Positions 1-6,671 of a stretch of 32,000 nt of DNA are shown here, piece by piece. The DNA lies in assembly GCA_032249095.1 (NCBI GenBank), contig JAVVGN010000001.1, positions 1 to 32,000 on the forward strand. Direction: 5' to 3'. The position numbers were made by a program, and so were the translations under genes. The first letter of the stretch is position 1. Every line of letters begins with the position of its first letter. The notes under the pieces were generated by a model. That model made no database searches and had not been told where the DNA came from. It worked only from the letters and a program-made list of their open reading frames with translations. This DNA comes from Candidatus Caldarchaeales archaeon. Lineage in GTDB: Archaea; Thermoproteota; Nitrososphaeria_A; Caldarchaeales; Calditenuaceae.

Positions 1-70
1 ATACAAGACACATCAACCGGCCTTTAAATATAACGCCTTATTTGGACACTATCCCCGGCCCCGCCAGTAG

Positions 71-80
71 AATAATATAT
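71..80 (+). promoter_or_regulatory. TATA-like box (AATAATATAT) upstream of tRNA-Gln
   Basis: An A/T octamer sits about 40 nt upstream of the mature tRNA 5' end at 117. That spacing fits an archaeal TATA at about -26 plus a short 5' leader. A second element, TTTAAATA at 23-30, is of unknown orientation. Confidence 0.4.
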
Positions 81-116
81 GAGCCGCCGCGTCTCTTTTA
101 GTCGCGAGTGACGAGC

Positions 117-233
117 AGCCCGGTCGTCTAGCGGCCAAACCCTGGCCAGATGTGGGGCTAAGGATCCCGGGCTCTGGATCCACCTCCGTGGAGGGGATCC
201 CCGGGGACGCCGGTTCGAATCCGGCCCGGGCTA
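117..233 (+). tRNA. tRNA-Gln(CUG) with two introns: canonical 37/38 intron at 178-198 and a putative D-loop intron at 132-153
   Basis: Acceptor stem AGCCCGG (117-123) pairs with CCGGGCT (226-232), giving the A1-U72 pair typical of archaeal tRNA-Gln, with discriminator A233. The T-arm is GCCGG TTCGAAT CCGGC (209-225). The anticodon stem is CCGGG (167-171) / CCCGG (200-204) and the loop is CUCUGG..C with anticodon CUG at 174-176. A textbook BHB is present: central helix 172-175/193-196, 3-nt bulges 176-178 and 197-199, inner helix 179-183/188-192. Removing both introns leaves 74 nt with U8, A14, G18G19 and a G15-C48 pair. No CCA is encoded, and a T-run follows. Confidence 0.8.
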
Positions 234-423
234 ATTTTAGTTATCGTGTGTAGGGACGCTGGGTTGAAAAAGATGGCGAAGAAGGTTGGCCTGTCTTCTT
301 TTGGTGTATTTTTCGAGGCGCCTCTTTTTACTCTCCGTGTAGTGAAGCCGGTTTTCTCGGAGATGGTTGTATTGCTACCTAGACTTTTTATGTCTCGAAG
401 AGCGTTAAAGCCCTGGCTCTTCC

Positions 424-2295
424 TTGCAGGCCGTTATCATAGCCGCAGGTATGGCTAGGCGTTTGGCCCCTTACTCTTCGCCGTCTACACCCAAATGCTT
501 CATGGAGCTCGAGGAAGGGGTCCCTATAATAAGGCACATTATAGACCAGCTTCAGAGATGCGGCATCAGTGATATAGTGGTTGTGACTAGGTCTGAGACC
601 TCCGGCAGATTCCGTGAGCTCGAAGAGGGTCTCAGACTCGTCATGCTGGACACCGACGAGGAGTTCGGAAACCTTTACAGTGCATTTATAGGCGCTGGCG
701 CTGGCGACTTTCTTCTTCTAATGTCTGACCACGTATTTGAGCTTGAGGTATTGAGGCGCTTGTTGGAACGGGCTTCTAACTCAGATAAGTCTTTCGTGAT
801 ATGCTTAGACAGGGAGCCTTCGCGAAAAGCCTCGGACGAGGGGCTGAAAGTCCTCTTTGAGAATGGAAGACCCGCCGAAGCGGGAAAAGAGCTGCTTCCA
901 GTCTATGGAATCGATACAGGTCTGATATGGTGTGGCGCAGGGGCTCCACGGTACTTTAGAGAAGCTCTGAAGAGGGTCGGTAAGAACGGCTCGATAAAAG
1001 ACGCCTTAAACATAGCCGCGAGAAGCAATGATGTCGACTACGTTGACGTCACAGGGCTATTGTGGCATGATGTTGACACCCCTGAGGATCTTGAGAAGGC
1101 ACGGAGGATCTATTGGGATATCCTGAGGCGGGACATCATAAAGTCGAGCGACGGCATCGTCAGCAGATACTTCAACAGACAAATCTCAACGAGGATCTCC
1201 CTATGGTTCTATCGGGAACGTATATTCCTCAACCCAGACATAGTCTCACTAGCTGGATTCCTCATAGCTGTGATCGGTGGAACCTTGGCACTCATGAAGC
1301 AGCTCGTCTTAGGAGGGCTCCTCGTCCAAGCATCATCAATAATTGACGGGATTGATGGCGAGCTTGCGCGTCTCTTTAACAGGCCTAGTCAGAGAGGTGG
1401 GATCCTCGATGCTCTGCTAGATAGGATAGCTGATATCTTCATAGTGATTGCCATGGTCCTCCACCTCTGGCCAATCGGGCTGCTCGAGTCATGCCTATCT
1501 CTCCTCGCTGCAGCGAACTCGGTGCTGGTAAGCTACTCCACGCAGCTACTCAGGACTGCGGGCGTGAACGTCAGCACACTCAGAGTAATTCCAGCTACTA
1601 GGGACGCGCGGCTGTTTATAGTGGCAATCTCATGTATTGCAGGCTATCCACTAGCGGCGCTATATTACTTAGGAGTGGCGCCGCTTGTCTACGTCGCGGC
1701 AGCATTGGTACTTGTCTTGCTGATTCCCGAAACTGGACGAGGATTAATCAAGAGACGAAAGACACGGGCGATCTGGCCGCACATTCCGGCGGGCGTAGTA
1801 GTGAGGGACGCGGTTAACAGCTTAGTACAGAATGGTTTAAGGATGCTTTTCGCCCTACTGGTCACGCGCCTACTACTTCCCCCATTCCACGACGTGGTGA
1901 TCTTCTCGCATCAGACCATCGAGTTTACCCTGGGCACTCTTACACCTGTGGTGGAAGCATCCTTGATAATCATTTTCGGCTCCAAGATCCTCGGCTCAGC
2001 AGGTGTGATAGTGGAGTATCTGTCAGTAAGGCTTGTGAAGAGGCTTAAGATAACATCATCTCTTATAAGGGGAGTCATAAAGGACCTCTCATATCTCGTG
2101 TTCGCATCAGTTATATGGGGATATGCTTGGCAGCTTGCCGCGATCCCTCTCATAGGTCAATACGTAACCAAGCTAACGATACCCCTAGTGTCCGTAGTTA
2201 TAATCTATATGGTGTATAGGATTACGAGGAGGATATACAATACGTACCACGAGATTCTGGAGGATAGGGCGAGGCGCATAGAGGGGGCATCCTAA
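424..2295 (+). CDS. Bifunctional CTP:inositol-1-phosphate cytidylyltransferase / di-myo-inositol-phosphate-phosphate synthase (IPCT/DIPPS-like) with an extra C-terminal membrane extension
   Basis: The N-terminus carries the nucleotidyltransferase motif AVIIAAGMARRL. A central CDP-alcohol phosphatidyltransferase motif reads DGIDGELARLFNRPSQRGGILDALLDRIAD, within TM segments. This fusion is the IPCT/DIPPS architecture. TTG 424 is the first start after an in-frame TAA, and a TATA-like CTTTTTAT lies at 384-391. About 180 residues after the DIPPS-like part are additional hydrophobic helices. Confidence 0.75.
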   Translation: MQAVIIAAGMARRLAPYSSPSTPKCFMELEEGVPIIRHIIDQLQRCGISDIVVVTRSETSGRFRELEEGLRLVMLDTDEEFGNLYSAFIGAGAGDFLLLMSDHVFELEVLRRLLERASNSDKSFVICLDREPSRKASDEGLKVLFENGRPAEAGKELLPVYGIDTGLIWCGAGAPRYFREALKRVGKNGSIKDALNIAARSNDVDYVDVTGLLWHDVDTPEDLEKARRIYWDILRRDIIKSSDGIVSRYFNRQISTRISLWFYRERIFLNPDIVSLAGFLIAVIGGTLALMKQLVLGGLLVQASSIIDGIDGELARLFNRPSQRGGILDALLDRIADIFIVIAMVLHLWPIGLLESCLSLLAAANSVLVSYSTQLLRTAGVNVSTLRVIPATRDARLFIVAISCIAGYPLAALYYLGVAPLVYVAAALVLVLLIPETGRGLIKRRKTRAIWPHIPAGVVVRDAVNSLVQNGLRMLFALLVTRLLLPPFHDVVIFSHQTIEFTLGTLTPVVEASLIIIFGSKILGSAGVIVEYLSVRLVKRLKITSSLIRGVIKDLSYLVFASVIWGYAWQLAAIPLIGQYVTKLTIPLVSVVIIYMVYRITRRIYNTYHEILEDRARRIEGAS

Positions 2296-2696
2296 GCCAA
2301 CCCCCAAGGCGCCCTATATTGTTGGCCTGATGCACCGAGTCCGGCTTCACTAGAGATTAGGTTTAGCGTGCTTCCGATTTCTTCCCGTCCCCCCTCCTCA
2401 GTCTGAACATGATTAACGTTACTCGGCTGTGTAGACGCATGTTGGGGATAGATGCGGCGGATAAACTCTCTCAGCTCCCCCGGACTGCAGAAGCCCTCCT
2501 CCCTGTAGAGGCGTAGGGCGTCGGAGAGCTTAAGTTTCTTCACCGAGACGAGCTCCGCCTCGATCCACCTATGCCCATCGGTGAGTATGAGATTCCTGGC
2601 GTACCCCGATTCCTCTGCGGGCCTAATAGTCGCCGTCTTCCGCCCCTCCAACACCAGGTCTAATAGCCCCCGCTTAAACCGGAGTACACGCCGCAT
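2292..2696 (-). CDS. ASCH-domain protein
   Basis: The N-terminus RFKRGLLDLVLEGRKTATIRP matches the ASCH signature (G-x-K-T-x-T-x-R). ATG 2696 lies 29 nt downstream of a TATA-like element (GTTTAAG on the minus strand, 2722-2728), so I prefer it over the ORF-track TTG 2738. The 3' end overlaps the convergent DIPPS stop by 4 nt. Confidence 0.6.
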   Translation of the reverse strand: MRRVLRFKRGLLDLVLEGRKTATIRPAEESGYARNLILTDGHRWIEAELVSVKKLKLSDALRLYREEGFCSPGELREFIRRIYPQHASTQPSNVNHVQTEEGGREEIGSTLNLISSEAGLGASGQQYRAPWGLA

Positions 2697-2872
2697 AGGA
2701 TGCTGACCCGCTCTGTCACGACTTAAACATTGACTCAATCATCGCCCTCTTGACCCCCAGGTTATTGGTTACCCCCAGCTTGGTGTGCGCGTCGTTGGCA
2801 TGTATCTTGCAGCTGGTTCTCTATAGCCTGAGCCGAGCCGCTGTGTAGGCGGAGCCGGGGGCACTGTTTTGA

Positions 2873-4003
2873 TTGCTTTGTGCCCTGCGTCGACCCCCCG
2901 CGCGTCTACATTTATTAGGGAAGCAGGTGAGAGACCTGCTTGTGGCCGGGATAGAGAGCTATCTGACCGCGGCTCTAGTCTTTCTGATCGTCGTCTCCGG
3001 CGGCTTCCTCCTCAGGAGAGTTCTGGTCAGGTGGATACATAGGTGGGCTGCGGCGAGCGAGACTAAGATCGACGACATCATAGTTGGGGCGATAGAGAAG
3101 CCGATCATCATGTGGTTCGTCATAGGGGGTGTCTATGCGGCCCTCCCCTTCCTGAACCTCACGCCGCAGGTCGCGACTAACGCTGAGAAGGCGATAATAC
3201 TCACAATCATTCTTTCAGCTGCGTGGACCCTTGCGAACATGGCGGGAGGCATCATAAGGTTCTACGGCTCCAAGATAGGGGCGGGCCTTCAGGTCAGTAG
3301 CCTGGGACAGCTTCTAGCCAAAGTTGCTATTCTCTCTCTAGGCATCGTGATCGCTCTGGCCGAGCTGGGCATAGAGGTGACACCTCTCATAGCGTCGCTC
3401 GGCATAGGGGCGCTTGCGATCGCCCTCGCGCTCCAAGACACCCTCGCAAATATCTTCTCAGGATTCTATGTCTTGGCCGAGAAGTCTGTCAGGGTTGGGG
3501 ACTTCGTCAGGATCGAGGGCGTCGGCGAGGGCAGGATCCTAGACATAGGCTGGAGGAGCACGCGGATACTGACGCTCCCCAACAACCTTGTCGTGATACC
3601 AAACAAGAAGCTCGCAGAGTCAATAGTGACGAACTACGACCTGCCCGACCCCACCACGAACCTCGACATAACAGTCTCGGTAAGCTACGGCGAGGACCCT
3701 GACAGGGTTGAGGCGATACTCCGAGACGAGCTAGCTAGAGCCGCATCGGAGCTACCAGGCCTCGACAGGAGCTTCGAGCCGTTGATCAGGTTCTCGATGG
3801 GAGAATATGCCCTAAACTTCACAGTCATTTACAGGAGCTTGAGCATCGGCGAGCGCGGCCGGCTGCAGCACGAGCTAGCCAAGAGAATATTCAAGAGGCT
3901 TCGGAGCGAGGGCGTCGAGATCCCGTTCCCGGTAAGGACTATCTATGTGCGTGGAGAGGCGGCGAGGGCCGGTGGCCGAAGGCCAAGGACTTCGAGAGTC
4001 TGA
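2873..4003 (+). CDS. Small-conductance mechanosensitive channel (MscS family)
   Basis: The core LAIALALQDTLANIFSGFYVLAEKSVRVGDFVRIEG..GRILDIGWRSTRILTLPNNLVVIPNKKLAESIVTNY is the classic MscS TM3 plus beta-domain. The start is uncertain: TTG 2873, GTG 2927 or GTG 2942. GTG 2942 lies 28 nt downstream of TTTATTA (2911-2917). Confidence 0.85.
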   Translation: MLCALRRPPARLHLLGKQVRDLLVAGIESYLTAALVFLIVVSGGFLLRRVLVRWIHRWAAASETKIDDIIVGAIEKPIIMWFVIGGVYAALPFLNLTPQVATNAEKAIILTIILSAAWTLANMAGGIIRFYGSKIGAGLQVSSLGQLLAKVAILSLGIVIALAELGIEVTPLIASLGIGALAIALALQDTLANIFSGFYVLAEKSVRVGDFVRIEGVGEGRILDIGWRSTRILTLPNNLVVIPNKKLAESIVTNYDLPDPTTNLDITVSVSYGEDPDRVEAILRDELARAASELPGLDRSFEPLIRFSMGEYALNFTVIYRSLSIGERGRLQHELAKRIFKRLRSEGVEIPFPVRTIYVRGEAARAGGRRPRTSRV

Positions 4004-4070
4004 GGAGCCGCAGGCCACGTTTCCACAACTCTTGCGAAGAGGTATTTAGCGCGCTAGTCCTCGTATCTCT

Positions 4071-4604
4071 GTGAGCACCTTAAGAGTGGGCGTCGTCTTG
4101 GTGGGGCATGGACAGCTCCCCCGCGACCTTCCCAAGAAGTTATCGTCCGAGTATCTCGCGCTCAAGTTCAAGCACGGCCTCTCAGCCGAGGAGGAGAGGC
4201 GCCTCGACGAGCTGGAGAAGCTTATCCTAGGCTGGCACAGAGATGAGAGAAATGACCCCTACTACCACAGCGTCCAGAGGCTCGCCGAGGAGGTCTCGAG
4301 GCTGGGCGCGTTCGCACGCGTATGGACTGCCTTCAACGAGTTCTGCAGACCAACTCTAGCCGAGGCCCTAGAGGAGGCATGTAGCTGCAGCGTCGACGTT
4401 GTCGTGGTTGTCCCGACGATGATGACGAGGGGTGGAGAGCACTCGGAGGAAGAGATCCCGGCCGTGATCGAGGAGTTCAGGGGGAGGTGTGGCAAGCCCC
4501 TGATCTACGCGTGGCCCTTCGAGACGGAGTCGATCGCGAAGCTGCTGGTAGAGACAGTGCGGAGCCACCTCGCAAGACACATCCACGAGAAGGGATGCGG
4601 CTGA
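4071..4604 (+). CDS. CbiX/SirB-like sirohydrochlorin chelatase (small CbiX type with an insertion)
   Basis: The N-terminus VGVVLVGHGQLP resembles the CbiX VLVGHGS motif, and a second-half motif reads VVPTMMTRGGEHSEEEIP. GTG 4071 lies 25 nt downstream of GTATTTAG (4042-4049). Confidence 0.55.
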   Translation: MSTLRVGVVLVGHGQLPRDLPKKLSSEYLALKFKHGLSAEEERRLDELEKLILGWHRDERNDPYYHSVQRLAEEVSRLGAFARVWTAFNEFCRPTLAEALEEACSCSVDVVVVVPTMMTRGGEHSEEEIPAVIEEFRGRCGKPLIYAWPFETESIAKLLVETVRSHLARHIHEKGCG

Positions 4605-4609
4605 AGCAT

Positions 4610-4840
4610 CTGATCGGGAACAGCATCCCTAGCGGGATGGGGGGGAAGTTCAATAAAAGCAGCGGCTTCATAGAATTCCATACACAGCCCAGTTATATAA
4701 ACCCGTTATTTGGATGCTACCCTCTCATTCTTGACATATCCTGATAAGCCTAGCTCCTGAGCAGAATCAAGGACAAACCTCCTATAACCAATCCTCTGAA
4801 CCCTACCACAAACCCTCGCGAGGACAGCCCTCAAAGCCAA
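4610..4840 (-). pseudogene. Acylphosphatase-like gene remnant (frameshifted)
   Basis: An unlisted 44-codon ORF at 4706-4840 (TTG start) encodes MALRAVLARVCGRVQRIGYRRFVLDSAQELGLSGYVKNE. This matches the acylphosphatase motifs V-x-G-x-VQGVGFR and A-x2-LGL-x-G-x-V-x-N. The expected continuation (EGSIQITG.., then ..AAFIELPPHPARDAV) appears only in the other two frames. A TATA-like CTTTATTAA (4861-4869, minus strand) lies 25 nt upstream. Confidence 0.45.
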
Positions 4841-4953
4841 GCATCAACACTATCCATCCATTAATAAAGCTTTAAGACATATCTCGGTAGATGCCTTCAT
4901 TCACTCTTCGTGGTATAGAATTCAAGGCCTAGTGGAGATTCGCGAATAAAGTG

Positions 4954-4979
4954 GTCCTCTTACCTCGAGGTAAGAGGAC
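4954..4979. repeat. Perfect 11-bp inverted repeat with a 4-nt loop (GTCCTCTTACC TCGA GGTAAGAGGAC)
   Basis: Read directly from the sequence. It is intergenic, between the acylphosphatase remnant and vapC. Function is unknown. Confidence 0.9.
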
Positions 4980-5084
4980 GGGCAAGTTCGTCGAGTGCCC
5001 AAACTCTTATAAGTGAGTGTTGAGCCGCGAGTTCCTTAAACTCAAATCCCTAGTAGTAACGTTGTGAAGTTCTTGAGGGAGTTT

Positions 5085-5465
5085 CTAGATTAAGATTACA
5101 TTTCTTCTATGTTGTTTGGCGATCTCGGCTTGCTTGACGTCTGCCGTCACGAGCTTGTTGGAGCTGACTATGTAGAGGGAGTCGTAGATCGTTAGATTGG
5201 TCGCTATCGCGGTCTCGAATGCCTGCTCTAAGAATTTCTTGAAGTCGATGATTATGAGCGTCTCTGAAAGTTCCTTGAGCTCCTCAAATCTTTCCTGTGC
5301 CTCCTGCGTGGAGAGCATTTCTCTCTTATGATACTTCAGGATTACGTTTGCCACCTCCAGTATGGCTAGGTCGAGTGTCTCGCCATCGGCTTCTACTTCC
5401 TTGGCTGCCTCGACGTAGTTTTCCCCGCGCATTATCAGCTTCGCTATAACTGATGCGTCAATCAC
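5085..5465 (-). CDS. vapC: PIN-domain toxin (VapC-type)
   Basis: The acidic PIN residues are at the expected spacing: MIDASV, LAILEVANV, TIYDSLYIV, LVTADV. The ORF is 126 aa, overlaps the upstream antitoxin ORF by 8 nt, and lies in an AT-richer region. Confidence 0.8.
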   Translation of the reverse strand: MIDASVIAKLIMRGENYVEAAKEVEADGETLDLAILEVANVILKYHKREMLSTQEAQERFEELKELSETLIIIDFKKFLEQAFETAIATNLTIYDSLYIVSSNKLVTADVKQAEIAKQHRRNVILI

Positions 5466-5685
5466 CTTCTCTGTCCTCCCTTATGGCCGCTACAACAGAA
5501 CCTCTTGGAAGAATTTCTCGAGGTTTCTTCTCCAGTATCTTACGTATGACGCCTGATCTCTCAGCTTTTCTGATTCTCTCCTCGACGAAGGCCCTCAGCT
5601 CTGCAGGCCAGTCGACGACGTCCTTTAGCTTCTCGTACTTCTCCTTTACCTCTTTGGGGACCTTAAAGCTTATGACTCCACTCAT
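5458..5685 (-). CDS. vapB: VapB-type antitoxin (small DNA-binding protein)
   Basis: A 75-aa ORF immediately upstream of and overlapping vapC. It has a beta-strand-like N-terminus (ISFKVPKEVKEKYEKL) and a charged C-terminal tail. The ATG lies 28 nt downstream of a TATA box. Confidence 0.6.
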   Translation of the reverse strand: MSGVISFKVPKEVKEKYEKLKDVVDWPAELRAFVEERIRKAERSGVIRKILEKKPREILPRGSVVAAIREDREGD

Positions 5686-5699
5686 CGGTATTCTAATTA

Positions 5700-5729
5700 G
5701 TAAACCAAGATATAAACTAATTGGTTTAC
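5700..5729 (-). promoter_or_regulatory. vapBC promoter with a palindromic operator
   Basis: A perfect 9-bp inverted repeat, GTAAACCAA (5700-5708) and TTGGTTTAC (5721-5729), brackets the TATA box (TTTATAT on the minus strand, 5710-5716). Confidence 0.5.
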
Positions 5730-6404
5730 CGAGTGTAGCCGTAGATAGCAGTTCCTAAATAGATAGACTTGAATAGACCTGACCTCTTCTCCGCCCTAAA
5801 GAGCGAGGGTTCCCGCTAAAGCAGGGAGGTTTGATATTACATCCCTCTTCTTGAGAGGTTAATCCTGGCTGGGTCTCCAGCCCGTTACCCTATCCCATTT
5901 GGGACTCAGGGTTATGAGTATGTTATATGCTCTCACCAAGTCCGCATTGAAGTCTTTGTCTAGCTTTGTGCACTTGAATAATCCACGTGTAATCCTTCAC
6001 ACCTGAACCGGTTGAAGAGGACACATCTATATAGTTTTTTTCTTCTTATGTCTATTAAGGAGGAGGGAGGGGATTCGGGAGATTGAGTGGGCGAGCATTG
6101 AGGTACTATGCTGATGTTCATAGAGAGACATGGAACGGAGAGGGCTTCAGGATAACATACACTACTGACGGTGTCTCCTTCAAGCATGTTGATGGGTAGT
6201 GTCCGGATAAGGGGTTTATATGGCTAGAGGGGGTGTTGTAAACCGCTAAATCTGGAAAACATCTATCCTTGAGGGTATTTAAAGTCTTATCGGGACACTA
6301 TCTGTTGATGGCTAGAAAACTATATCAAGAGAACCACTAGAAGACCTACCCCTCCCCCCAACCATTTCCCAAACATCCCCACAATTATCATCTAACCAAA
6401 AATA

Positions 6405-6478
6405 CGGGCCCGGAGGGATTTGAACCCTCGACCTACCGGTTAAGAGCCGGCCGCTCTACCTGCCTGAGCTACGGGCCC
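6405..6478 (-). tRNA. tRNA-Lys(CUU), intron-less
   Basis: The reverse complement reads GGGCCCG UA GCUC AGGCAGGUA GAGC G GCCGG CUCUUAA CCGGU AGGUC GAGGG UUCAAAU CCCUC CGGGCCC G, a full cloverleaf with anticodon CUU. A T5 run lies downstream. Confidence 0.95.
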
Positions 6479-6502
6479 GGATCAATCAACCCCGCCGGGC
6501 GA

Positions 6503-6510
6503 ATTTAAAG
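6503..6510 (-). promoter_or_regulatory. TATA box (CTTTAAAT on the minus strand) for tRNA-Lys
   Basis: Centred about 28 nt upstream of the tRNA 5' end at 6478. Confidence 0.5.
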
Positions 6511-6585
6511 ATAGTATCCAGCATGGGCCTCTATTGTCCAGTACCTTACGGTCCATATCCATAGAGACGGCTGTGTGGGTGACGC

Positions 6586-6592
6586 TTTAATA
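6586..6592 (+). promoter_or_regulatory. TATA box (TTTAATA) for metG
   Basis: Centred 28 nt upstream of GTG 6617. This is the same spacing seen for other leaderless genes in the window. Confidence 0.45.
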
Positions 6593-6671
6593 CTGCCTCC
6601 GCAAGGGGGTTTGTAGGTGAGTAGAGCTCGGGAAGTGGGTCGTCGGCGGTGCTTGGCCCTACATCCACGGC

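Noticed and set aside
117-233. An alternative reading of the first tRNA as a class II tRNA-Leu(AAG). This would use D-arm GUCU..AGAU, anticodon arm UGGGG CUAAGGA UCCCG and a giant variable region.
   Set aside because: It requires an A34 anticodon, which is unusual in archaea, and a 39-nt variable region. The Gln(CUG) reading gives a perfect BHB intron, the A1-U72 pair and a 74-nt mature tRNA.
246-458. A 70-aa ORF between tRNA-Gln and the IPCT/DIPPS gene.
   Set aside because: It overlaps the well-supported TTG start and the promoter of the downstream gene. The product is hydrophobic and basic with no motif.
4600-4760. A search for a direct repeat of the tRNA-Lys 3' half (att site) at the distal border of the AT-rich islet.
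   Set aside because: Only scattered G-rich similarity was seen (GCGGGATGGGGGGGAAGTTCAAT), with no convincing repeat by eye. This needs a computed alignment.
6105-6175. A possible C/D box sRNA (CUGAUGU ... CUGA).
   Set aside because: The C box is imperfect, there is no D' or C' at the canonical spacing, the C-to-D distance is too long and there is no terminal stem.
5960-6187. A 75-aa minus-strand ORF in the AT-rich islet.
   Set aside because: It has Cys/Ser/Pro-rich non-protein-like composition, no start context, and lies antisense to the SD-preceded small ORF.
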